A DNA stretch of 64,000 bases, from contig NC_087252.1 of the NCBI RefSeq assembly GCF_037042905.1, positions 15,688,001 through 15,752,000 of the forward strand, given 5' to 3'. The notes under the pieces were generated by a model. It ran no database searches and was not told where the DNA came from. It worked only from the letters and a program-made list of their open reading frames with translations. Position numbers and translations under genes: made by a program. Source of the stretch: Lytechinus pictus. Its lineage: Eukaryota. Shown here piece by piece: positions 1 through 11,854 of the stretch (its first letter is position 1; the number at the start of each line of letters is the position of its first letter).

Positions 1-403
1 CGTACATAGAGTATCAACCTAGGGAGCGTTTCATCAATATTTTCATCCGACAAGTTGTCAGATCTGACATCTTTCCCTTATTTTGATTGGCCGAGAGGCA
101 CTGTTCCCATGGTAACTGTCGGATAAAATGGGACTTGTCGGATAAAACGTCCGACAAGTCCTTTCATGAAACACCCCCCAGGTCATTTTACTCTGGCGTT
201 AAATTTTTGGTGCTGGTTCAACAACTACATATGGATCTTAACAGGGGGCACAACCATATATGGATGTTATTACAACATCTTTGGTTGGTGCTTTTACACT
301 CTTTGGTGTTGTGTTCAATCTCTAGGGTGTAATTCTAACACCTCAGGTTGTGGTGCTCTAGTGGCACCATGGTGTTAATTTTAACACCCGAGTCTTTACA
401 GTG
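1..403 (-). mobile_element. CACTG-ended (CACTA/EnSpm-like) MITE, 'ACACC-rich' family, interrupted by a Harbinger-like MITE
   Basis: Reverse complement matches the copies at 2771, 4877, 27182, 42063, 51999 and 53818. Ends in tttacagtg at 403. Confidence 0.75.
21..178. mobile_element. PIF/Harbinger-like MITE (GGGNG.GTTTCAT termini)
   Basis: TIRs gggagcgtttcat / atgaaacaccccc, flanked by cta and cag. A second copy lies at about 33807-33963. Confidence 0.7.
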
Positions 404-1561
404 TACATGTATATACACAGTCTGTATCATAGATGCCAAATTCATTAATCAATCCTTCACCCTTTAATATAATAAGAACTTTCTCACACCCAGCTTTCCC
501 CTCGTATTCTCACTATACCTTCCCACTTTCCCTTCTCTCTTTCTTTAGTACTTTGTACTTTTATTTCAAGCCAAACTCAAGAGTTTTCAACGAACTGTTG
601 AGGGTTACAATAGAATGCTGCATTACCCGATTCTTATATTTCACCCCAGCTACGAGCAAATTGTTACTGATCGCTCCACAAAAACACTCCAACAAAACTA
701 AGATTATCGAAACTTGATATGTAATTTTTCTTGCCCCAAACCCCAACGTCTTTTGTGATCTTTTTTCCCCCTTTCTCATTTGGGCCTTGCCTCCCGAGCA
801 TGTATTTTGCTTTGGACCGTGTCGCGCTGTACCCTGCATGGGAGCGCAGGGAGGGCACGCATGTCTTGTTAGAGCGTAACCGACACCAATTATAATATGG
901 GATACGTGGCAAACTATACAAATTTGGGGCCCAAATGCACGATACATGATATTTGAGAACAAAAAACTGACGTCCGGCCGACACACACGCCATGATGTTC
1001 ATTTATGTTCTCATTTGGACGACTTCTTACAAAGTACTTTGGCATTTTACACGCTAAAAGAAATCATTGTTACTTTCCCCTGTTAATGTTTAATTGAAAA
1101 GTAGTGGAAACATGTACACTGCTTGGGGTTATAAGATGTAATGTACTTACAATATAGGTTAATTACAAAGTAATGTAATTACATAGAGAGAAAGGGGGGG
1201 GGGGTGGGGTAGTACATTGGTTCATAATCATTCCAGTCATTGATATTATTCAAGCCTTGTAGTCTTAATTTAAATGATTGATTGATAACTTGATCAAGAA
1301 TGGTTGCATGCAAGGTAATAGAGATAAATTAACAATGCTTGTTTTTCTATGCTTATTTTTACAAAATATGCAAATTAGTTCAAAAGAAATACCATTTTGA
1401 TTTGGGGAAAACTTTTTTGGTTTTCTGTTATGCCATTTTTTTTTTTTTAGTTTGGTCTATTTTAGCTGGAATCTGTTAATAAATTGGTAAGACTAAGACT
1501 TATTTAGATTAAAAACATAATATTCTTTCCAACCCAGTTTTGAAAGCTAATTCTTTTTTAA

Positions 1562-2165
1562 AGGACAAGTCCAACCCAACAAAAAATTGATTTGAATAAA
1601 AAGAGAAAAATCCAACAAGCACAGCACTGAAAATTTCATCAAAATTGGATGTAAAATAAGAAAGTTATGACATTTTAAAGTTTCGCTTAATTTCACAAAA
1701 CAGTTATATGCACATCCTGGTTGGTATGCAAATGAGGAGACTATGACGTCATCCACTCACTATTTCTTTTGTATTTTATTATGTGAAATATGAAATATTC
1801 TAATTATCTTCTCATTGTCAAGTCAAACAGTGATTAATTCCTCCCTGAACATGTGGAATTAGCATTGTTTAATACTAGATGATTCAGTAAAGTCGGTCCC
1901 TATATTGTCACATCTGTATAAAATGAAATATTGTATAATTCAAACAATAAAAAACAAAAGAAATAGTGAGTGATGGACATCATCGACTGACTCATTTGCA
2001 TGTCACTGAATTGTGAATATCACTGTTATGTGAAAAATAAGCGAAACTTTAAAATGCCATAACTTTCTTATTTTACATCCGATTTTGATGAAATTTTCAG
2101 TGTTATGCTAGTTTTATTTTTCTCTATTTATTCAAATCAACATTTTGCTGGAGTGGACTTGACCT
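1562..2165. mobile_element. Kolobok-like non-autonomous DNA transposon with long TIRs
   Basis: TTAA|AGGACAAGTCCA ... TGGACTTGACCT|TTAA, with inverted arms over 200 bp. Partial copies at about 25080-25282 and 43145-43480. Confidence 0.82.
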
Positions 2166-2770
2166 TTAAAAAGGTTTAACATCCTAAGACCATAGCAGTC
2201 AGTTTCACATTGCATGACTAGGTCTGTAATTAATTATTGATGAAAATTAGTTGATGACGATAGTCTAGGCTGATGCTCTCACGTTCAATGAACTTCCAAA
2301 ATACTATGTTTATGCGCTGACGTGCCCAAGAGTTTTCCCATTTCCGCTAGTCTGTGGTAAAGGAATTGATTTTCTGTTTTAAGAGCTATAATAGCAATTT
2401 ATAGAAGCTTGAGTGATTGCCAATATTTCATGAAGTTAGACATAAAATTCTGGAAGAACTAGATTGCTGGAGAAAAGCTTAGCAATTGAAATTCGATAAA
2501 TTCAATTAATGCCATCTGAAGAGCGGTGCACATCACATTAATTGATTCTTATTTTCATGTTTTGCTGGTAGTTCTTGTGGTCTACACACAATATTACACT
2601 ATCTTGAAAAGAAAATTCAATTTTAAAATCTGATGTTCCAGACAATTAAGCATCTGAAAATCCAATTTTAGTTTGTTGTTTGAATGTTTTTTTTTTGTGT
2701 GTGGGGGGGTGCTCATACCTTCCTCATAATTTTTGCCAACAAAACATTTCGAAAGGAGAATTGTTTTTTC

Positions 2771-3027
2771 AACTGTAATGTAAAAGAGCTGGGTGTTAAA
2801 ACTGACACCAGTTGGTTTCCCTAAAGGATCACACCTTGAGGTGTTACAATTACACCCTAGAGATTGAACATAACACCAGAGAGTCTAACAATACCATCCG
2901 AATGTGTTGTAATAACACCAGAAGGTGTTGAACTAACACCAACCTAATTTAACACTGGAGTAAAAAAATAACTTGTGTGGTCCCCTATGTACACCAATCA
3001 ACACCACACACACAGTGTTTTGCTTTG
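2771..3027 (+). mobile_element. ACACC-rich CACTG-ended MITE copy
   Basis: Shares the core acaccctagagattgaacataacacc...ggtgttgaactaacacc with six other copies in the window. Confidence 0.75.
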
Positions 3028-4876
3028 AAGAGTTTGGAGTAGTGTATGTTATTTTGATATGGTAAAGAGTGAAATGACAGGTACATGTTTTTTAGCCCGC
3101 AGCTATACTTGCCTATGATATTTTAACCGCTCCTTTTCATAATGACCTAATCAAATCAATCAAATAATAATTGAACCCTCCCCGGCAAACAAACCCTGAC
3201 TTGTAAGACGGGAAATAATGAGCGCCACACGAACTTGACATACCCTCACCGTGCAAATCCCTTTGGTAAATTTACACACCCTGAAAGGCTGGAGTCCTAA
3301 TACAAACATCCACACTCAAGATGACATTTCCCCTATTCACCTGCATTTCCCGTTTTTTTCTTTCCTATCGTTTAATTGAGTCAATTAAGAAAATATCCCA
3401 ATAATTAATCTGCAGTTCATGTTTTTCTTCAATATTCTTTGAAAAGTCCATCATGAATGCTTATTTTCACTTCCATTACATTTTCAATAGCTATTCTTGC
3501 AGGGTTTTCCCCCTTTTCGATTTCAGTCAGTTTGCAGTCAATTAAGGAAAATATATCTCATCAAAGATCTACAACCTGCGTTTTCTTTGAAATTTACAAA
3601 GTCAGTCATAAAAGTATGTTTTTTACTTCCTTATCGATAGCTTTTTGGGCACTTTTGTTATCAAGGAGCTGTTTACCATTCCTCCCTCACCTTTTTTTTC
3701 TTTAAAATCAAAGAAAGATGCCATCGTGCCTGACAGATCGTTTGGCCTCTTGCGTCTGAAACGAAACGCAAATTTCCGTTAACAAACCGAGCCTTGATAA
3801 TGAGTTTGCGCAAATGAGAGGGAAAGCAAACAGCAGTGGTGGTTGGGTAAAGTTACACCGGTTGTACTGTTGTATCTTATTTATCATTTTGTCCGGCCAG
3901 TCGGATCTCAGATCTCTCAATTTCTTACCTTTTCTGGCGAAATGCAGATGTAATGACACTCCACGTTTATATGTTTAGGGAAGAAGGGGGGGATTCTGGT
4001 TTTGAGGTGAACAAATGCAGCATTGATTACAGTTTAAATGATACACATTGGTGTATCTCCAAAGAAACATCCATGGGTATGTTAGCAAATATTTACTGTA
4101 TTCACATTAGAACAAGTCTCCCTCATGTTCACATAGGAAGAGTATGTTCACATGAGAAAGTATAAATGGATATGATATCAAACCAATTGAATGTGGTTTT
4201 GTAATGTTTTTCATGTAAAAGTAAAATATTGGTGAATTGATAAAGATGTTGGTGATTATTTTGCATTCCAAGTTACATGGAGCACAGTAAATATTTCATA
4301 TACTTTGTGACAAGAGATTTGACATAAATACTAATTGTATATTTTATTTCATTTTTTTCTCTCCCTCTCCCTCTCCCTCTCTTCCCTTCTCTCTTACTAT
4401 TTCTATACCTGTCATCATGGCGGACATCGGACATCAAATTGAATCATGTTCCAGGTAAGATTTTCAAAATGGGTTGAAAATTCTCAAGTTTCCATTGAAA
4501 GGTGTATGTTTTTATATTTATTTTGTCGTATTTCACCAAATTATTGAGTAAAAGGAGTGTGTTTTTTTGCTAGGTATAATAATTTGGTTAAATATGCCTG
4601 CTTTTTAAATTTGAAGGCTTTTTTGGGTGGAAGAGGTGGGCGGGCGGGCAAAGTTTTGCTTGTATAATGTTTTATTACATACATGTAATATTTCAACCAA
4701 CCAATAGTGATAAAGATTGAAAAAAGGTTCAGAAATAAGGTTGCATTTTTGTGTGTGTGTCTGAATGAAATGAATGGAAATTTGTACCTTTTCCTGGTAT
4801 TTTGAACATACCTAACAAGAATGATGAATGGAGATGATAAAAATACTTTTGATTAGATTTTATAAAGTAGATGCAA

Positions 4877-5141
4877 CACTGTAAAACTTTGGTGTTACAT
4901 GTAAAACCATCATCAGTCGGCCTCCCTTGAGGGCCACACCTTGAGGTGTTAAAATTACACCCTAGAGATTGACCATAACACCAAAGAGTGTATAAGTAAC
5001 CACCAAACGTGTTGTAATAATATCCATTGGTGTTGAACTAACTCTAAAATTAACACCAGATAAAAATGGCTTACAATGTATGTGGTCCTCTTCTGTACAC
5101 CAGTTAACACTATAACAGTAACACCAAGTGTTTGCTGTGTG
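4877..5141 (+). mobile_element. ACACC-rich CACTG-ended MITE copy
   Basis: Starts cactgtaaaa, has the family core, and is flanked by the 12-bp direct repeat AAGTAGATGCAA. Confidence 0.78.
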
Positions 5142-5830
5142 AAGTAGATGCAAGCACACCGTAACGTCTCGACACAAGCTTCGTCTGATCGTGAAGACTA
5201 GATTCACGACCCGTGTTATCACCTACACACTTGCGAGCCTTCTCCAAAAACCCAAAGATAATCTTCTTTCTCCCGAACCCTTTAGATAGTCTGCAAACTC
5301 AGACTCATATTTGACCAACTAACCAATACTACCAAGTCTAGAGTGAAGACTAGACGTCAAACTCTATGTCTGTGTCTGGTATTGCATGGGCAGAGGCAGT
5401 CGTAGTACATTGTGAATGTAGTCTCACTACTTCAGGCTCTGCGTCATAAAAGATACGATTGCGAACACCAATCAAGGTCTGTGCCTGCAGACTACCCGGT
5501 AGAGGGGATGTTGTCATCGGGCGCTATTCCTTGTTGTCACTGGAGTGGTCTAGTGACAGGGTGGATCCTGGATGCATTTAGGAAGAGAAACCATTCGACT
5601 GATTAGCGACTGGCCTCGCCCACTAGACAATGGACAAACGTGATACCATTGCAGGGAGCCGTCACAAAAACACAAGCTCAACCCCCAAAATAATTGTTGA
5701 GAAAAAAGATGAAAAGTTGATATAAAGCTTTTCTATTTCATTCTGTTTCTGCTTATTTTTTGTTTGTAGTCAATGACATATTTTTGGAGGGGAGTTTTTA
5801 TACATACAATCACTATATTAGTATGACTAA

Positions 5831-6120
5831 ACCTGTTGAATAGAACACAGTGTGATCACAGTGTGTTCACATAGTGGACTATGTGAAATATTATTCACAC
5901 TGTAAAAATGATCAAATTCAACAGAGTGGAGTTATTTTCACACTGTGGACACCTTGACAGTGCAACTGTTCACAGCGTGTTCACATGGTTGACTGTGTGA
6001 ATATGTAATCCACACTGGTGAAATGCTCAAATTTAACAGTGTGAAGGTGATTTCACATTGTGTTCCACACTGTGAACACACTGTTGCACAAACTGTGGGA
6101 CACTGGTATTTCCAGTAGGG
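5831..6120. mobile_element. CACAGTG-rich MITE (CCCT.TGGAA termini)
   Basis: Aligns over its full length with 54048-54332. Ends ttccagtaggg; many internal cacagtgtg/cacactgtg motifs. Confidence 0.78.
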
Positions 6121-6170
6121 AAGCATCCTTTTTTAAGTGCAAAGGCCCTTTTGCTTAAAAAATTTAAATA

Positions 6171-6490
6171 AAAACATTATTAAGAGTGTGCACATCATCA
6201 AAAAGTAAAATTCCAGTTTTCACAACTTGATTGCAGCTAAACACTTTCCTAAGATTAGATTGTTAGCTGATAAAAAATGAAAAACATTATTAAGAGTGTG
6301 CTTATCCTCAAAAAGTAAAATTCCAGTTCTCACAACTTGATTGCAGCTAAACACTTTCCTAAGATTGGATTGTTAGCTGATAAAAAATGAAAAACATTAT
6401 TAAGAGTGTGCATATCCTCAGAAAGTAAAATTCCAGTTTTCACAACTTGATTGCAGCTAAACACTTTCCTAAGATTGGATCGTTAGCTGA
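6171..6490. repeat. Tandem repeat, 110-bp unit x about 2.9
   Basis: Units start at 6171, 6281 and 6391 (aaaacattattaagagtgtgc...gttagctga) and are nearly identical. Confidence 0.95.
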
Positions 6491-8554
6491 CACTCCAATA
6501 TAATAATTCAAATTATAGAAGCAAAGCTACAAAAAAGCTTTATACATTGTGCAGTTTGAGAGGAAATGTACAGTCCCCTGAAATAATATATTACACAAAT
6601 CACATTGAAGGAAGGGAAGGCAGAATACTAGCGATGTTAGGCCAATTGACGTAATAGACTACCCATAATCCATCATTCAGGGAAAACTAAATGTAATGAC
6701 AGGATTGCATGAAATCTAAACACGTATTATCTGCCAAAGCGGAGGAGTAGTCTTGCTCCCAGTCTCGGTCGACGTGCTGTTTTGCATACAAATGGAACGT
6801 TAATACTTTGCATAGACTACAAATGTGATAAAGTGATTGGATGAAAATTTTGAAATTTAATCGGGAGATTGTTGCAGAGATTGAGAGAAAATAAATCTTG
6901 ATGGAGGCGAATAGGAAGATGGGAATGATATTTTGAATGAATTAGCTAATAAGATCTTGAAAGAAGCCTATTAGTGATAAAGTAGTATATTTAATGGCAC
7001 ATTATGATGTTGCAATGTATGTGGGATGTTGTAGCGAGTCCAATCTATCATGTACAGAAGTGATATTTTCTTTTGGTTGGTAATGTGAAAAATTATGAGT
7101 ATGGTGCTCACCTAATTCATCATATAAAGTCGCTTTGATCAGTTCGTAATAAGCTCCTCTCAGGGTGATATTTTCTTTAGAAAATCAGTTATTATTAGAT
7201 GTACGACTAGTCCCTCTGTTGTTGTTTACTTTTATGTTTAGAAATGAGAGTTTTGATTTTCGGAATAATTGGATATCAAGCACAAATGACAAATCACCCT
7301 TTGAGCTAATATATCTTTTCACCAAGTCAACATTACCCACTTATGTCAAATTTAGTACATATATGAAAATAACGTTATCAAAGTCTATCAAGGGCCATTT
7401 GGAGTAAATTAACATGTTTAATACTGAGCCCGCATATCAGGCTTGAGCGAGAACGTACAGGATGTCATAGCGACATTATTCAGGCCCCAAAGGGGTAGGA
7501 AAATAGTCCAAAGAGGATTTTTGTCAGTTCGTCCATTTCTTGGTGGAATTTTTAAGATGTTGTTATCTCTATGGAAACAACACAAAAGATGTGTGCTCTG
7601 GTATCTGTATGGAAATAATTTCACAAGTTTAACTCAATTTAGCCAAGAGATGGTCTTCTTTTTTTTTTTTTGGTATTATACTCAATTGCAAAGCTTTTCA
7701 GAGTGGACTTTCTCGTTTCGAGCGGTACATCCTGGTATTCTCCTGTGTGACAATGTTCAATCACTTCTCCAGCCTTCGCAGTTCATGTACATGTGTCATA
7801 TTTAATTCAGACCTTATCTTCCCAATTTGTTCACCCAATTAAAACCAAGAAACCTGGTAATGCATGTTGACATGTAACCCGGTATGTATCATGATTCATG
7901 TAGTAACATCATTACTTTCCTTTCTTAACCCCACTCCTCTTGCGTTAATTTGGAGAGAATTTTCATCTACAAGGCTCTCACGCTTGACTAAATCATGGAT
8001 AAAGACATCATTGGTGCAGATACTAAACTAATTGCGCCACAAAAAAGTTATCAAGGATAGGCGCGCTGCTCTAATCATTAGGACTAATTTTTCTATCCCT
8101 TTGTCGGCACCCTTAAACGGTCAGAAAACAAACACGATTGAAAAGGGGTGGGCACACACAAAATTCCCTTGGGTTATTAGAAAGTATATGAGGCTTTTGT
8201 GAATGATTTGGCAAACAATAGCGTTGTAGGATAAAGCTAAAATGTTTAATCAATGCACTGGGTTAGAAGTAATGTGCAATGAAATGATGGGAGGATAGGA
8301 GCGTTCAGACTTACTGAATCACTAGTATGGCCTGAGTAGCAGATGGGGGCATACCATTTTAAATCATTACTTCAACAAGCGATCAACACAAGCGCCCTAC
8401 CACACCCGTGCCCAATGGAGCTTATGCCTACTCACTTGGATTAGAAAGATAATGTTCATTTTGAAAGTACAGACTAATTAGGTAAGCGTTTTTTTTTTCT
8501 TCTTTTCTTTGGGGGATATCAGAAGTAAGTTTCCTTCCACACTGGCAGTATCTG

Positions 8555-8711
8555 GGCCCCGTTGCATGAAAGTTGCTATTATGGTAACTTTGCCATCTAG
8601 TGGTAATTACCATGGTAACGATGATCAACAGCCAATCAGAATTAAGGATTCCATCCAAGTTACCATTGCATGGCAATGATATCACAATGGTAACTTTTAT
8701 GCAATGGGCCC
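8555..8711. mobile_element. PIF/Harbinger-like MITE with CTG TSD
   Basis: CTG|ggccccgttgcat ... atgcaatgggccc|CTG. A related copy lies at 61538-61680. Confidence 0.78.
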
Positions 8712-9279
8712 CTGATCAGAATAGATGGGGCTAGATTTCACTGTCGGAAATAGTATTGTGAGTTTTTGGAAGGGGTCTGAACGCACCTCTCAGAGAGCCC
8801 TTCAAACAGATAGTTCAGCTGATTAGTCTGAAGCAGAGGTCCATGGTGTTCAAGGTTTAGTTCCCACTCGTTTTCATTGGCTGTGGTCTGAAGGGGGGGG
8901 GAGGTTCTGTCCACCCCCCCTCATTTTTCAAATTTTATACAGCAATCTAAGGATCCTCTCGTCGGGCCCCTTCCCAGTGGAACAAAATCTCATGAAATTG
9001 CCGTCTTTGCTTAGTCCTTTTGGCAAGATGTTATATTGCCACCCCTCAACAGCCTGACAAGTTTCCCTTTAAAACGCACTCCCCTCTGGATGTTGGGTTA
9101 GATGTGACTTCATAATGTTACAATTAACCTTTCCGTTATGTCTACATAATTTTAGTGCCAGCAACCCTGCATTTGTATGCTGTAAGACAATACTGTAACC
9201 CCAAGCTTACTCAGTTAACCCACGTAACAAGTCTTATGGCCTTTCTAAATCTTTGGTAAAGGGTCAGTAATATGATTTA

Positions 9280-10061
9280 GGGTGCGTGTATCCGCCACTT
9301 TTTTTCCCTAGAATCATGATCTGAATCATGATTCAAATCATGATTCTGCAGAATCACGATTGCGTTTAGTCGAAATTGAATATAATCATGATTAGAATCA
9401 CAAACATGAAACACGAAAAAAGGGGCGTTTGGAAAGACGTTTCTGCAGAATCACGTACGAAAATGTTCGAATAAACGATATCGTGATTTGAATCATGATT
9501 ATATGACCTCACTGTTGTGTCGGGCTACTTTCGGTTTGACTCTTGCCTAGCTCAAGGCGCTGTATGTACATGAATATGTACTACGCATGCATTTCTTGTC
9601 ATGTTCAAGCTCTGTGTTGGTCATCGCATCGTCCACTACTTTTCATTTTTTGGTCATGTCTTCAACTTCAAGTTCTAGTAAATGAATTAACTGGACAGAC
9701 AATGATCTCAGTTGTTGAGTATACAGTATCAATACTAAATTGGATCTACGCTGAAATTCACTTCCGAACACCATTTTGGATAAACTAACAAGATGAATAG
9801 AAGCATATGGACCCTATATGATAGAAGTAAACAAAATGAGGTATAGACTGAATTCTGGAAGCAAAAGATTTTTCGAGAGCCGAAACACGTGCGAAAAACT
9901 TCCTCTGTCAAACTGCGCACTAGTGATGCGCACTGGATTGGCCCGAATCTGAGGAGAAACAGCATTGGAATGAAGGTCGTCTAAACGCTGATTCTGTGAT
10001 ATTGTGATTCATGTATGTGTTTTGAATCATGATTCTGGCTTGAGGTCGCATAAACGCAGCC
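9280..10061. mobile_element. PIF/Harbinger-like non-autonomous element with TTA TSD
   Basis: TTA|gggtgcgtgtat ... ataaacgcagcc|TTA, with internal aatcatgatt palindromic repeats. It interrupts an older repeat that is uninterrupted at about 13930-14190. Confidence 0.8.
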
Positions 10062-10639
10062 TTAGACTTGAGTATCATACATGTAGGACATTCCAATATT
10101 ACAGAAGTCTATAGTGGTCATTTTCAGCCTATTAGAATTCAGATTTGGCATTTTTTAGCTGTTTTATTTCAAGTTGTTCATCTATGCACCCCCTCTCTAA
10201 AATGGCCCCTTGAGCACTTTACTTATTTAGTGATTGAATATTAGAAAGCTACAAAGATAACCTGAAATTTCAGCCCATTCCGCTCTTGAGAAGGGGTTCT
10301 AAATAAAGAAGACAGAAATATAAACAATTAACAGTCACCTCATTAAAAATGAGTAAATTTATCTAATTAATAGACATGTTTATTCATTTATATCATAATG
10401 GTGTTAGGGCACGCACATAATGTAGTAATGAATTGGAATGGTGACACTTTTTGGGGATTTACCAATTTATGTTTGATACTTGATGAAAGGTGGTAACAAT
10501 CTCTCTCTCTCTCTCCCTCTCTCTCTCACACACACACACCCACACCCCACACATGTATACATCCAATTTTAACCTCTACCATTTTACAGTCAAACCTGTG
10601 TATTATTACCACCCAAGAGAAGCAGAAAAATGGCCACTG

Positions 10640-10913
10640 TAATAATAATATAGGATTTGTATAGCGCACTCATCCACCTTGTTAGGTGCTCAAGGCGCTC
10701 TTATATTACCCTGGCTAAGCTAGTCTACCGATTCTGGTGCGCAAAGCTTTTTGAGGAATCACTTCCTGCTGGTATCCATTTACCTCACCTGGGTCGAGTG
10801 CAGCACTGTGTGGATAAATTTCTTGCTGAAGGAAAACACGCCATGGCTAGGATTCGAACCCCCGACCCTCTGTTTGAAAGGCGAGAGTCAGAACCACTAG
10901 ACCACGACACGCC
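10640..10913 (-). mobile_element. tRNA-derived SINE
   Basis: On the minus strand: A box tggtctagtgg, B box ggttcgaatcc, core cactcgacccaggtgaggtaaatgg, and 3' gcgctatacaaat followed by an (ATT)n tail. Confidence 0.88.
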
Positions 10914-11292
10914 TTGATAGACAAGATTCTATTACACTTATTCCTAACAAATTGGGAAACAAATCTAGTGGCCACTAAAGAGAGGTTTCGTTAACGGAAG
11001 ATGGCCTTATAAATAAGACGGGATTGACTCTACATTTATAATTTGATGGTCCTTTCCAGTAGCTGCTAAATCATACAGATCATGCAACTATTACACACGA
11101 TACTGCCACGCAGTGTCGTCTGGATCTCCGATCACGTGTGCACGTCAGGAGGAATGTCCCCCTCAGGGGCTAATATCAGCCCGGCGCGATTTATCTGGGA
11201 TATTGATTTGAACCTGTTCCTCTGCACTTGGCGGCCTCGCTACAAAAGAAGCGAATCTTTGGCTTTAAGGGATAGGTGGAGATAAATAGTGG

Positions 11293-11600
11293 ATTATTAG
11301 GGTGGGGTGGGGATTAAATAAGGGATTGTAATGTGTGGGAACTTGATTATTAGGGTGGGGTGGGGGTAGGGCAGGTGGGGATCAAATAAGAGATGGTAAT
11401 GTGTATGAAAAAAAAACATTATTAGGGTGGGGTTGCGCCGGGGAGGGGATCAAATAAGGGATTGTAATGTGCGAGAAGCGGTTATTGGGGTGGGGTGGGA
11501 CAGGGGGAGGGGATTAAATAAGGGATTGTAATTTGTGAGAAGGGTGGGGTGGAGCAGGGGGCAGGGATAAAATGAGGGGTTCTGATGTGTGAGAAACCAT
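11293..11600. repeat. Degenerate G-rich minisatellite (about 60-bp unit x5)
   Basis: Repeated ttattagggtggggt(g)...ggat(t/c)aaataagggattgtaatgtg. Confidence 0.85.
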
Positions 11601-11854
11601 TATTTTTGTCCAGTCCAGACGTTAGCTGACCTGAATTGTGGATAAGTCCGATTGGCAAACTTTTTTGCCTTTTGGGGAGACACTTTGCATGACATCTTAG
11701 TTTGAATAATGCCTCATCAACTATTTTATTTCTTTACAATAGTAGGTAGCACAAACATCATTTTAAATAAATATATATGTAGGTGTTTTATCCCATTTAT
11801 ATCACTCTGATTCTTACACATTTTTAGTTTGTATACCTTTTTGAAGTGACATAT

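Noticed and set aside
4417..4454. ATG-initiated first coding exon (MADIGHQIESCS)
   Set aside because: Phase-2 donor is incompatible with the phase-1 Ig1 exon, and it is not a signal peptide. Kept only as an alternative reading of the recursive-site candidate.
6171..6490. Possible CRISPR-like array
   Set aside because: Contiguous 110-bp units without unique spacers, eukaryotic context, no cas genes.
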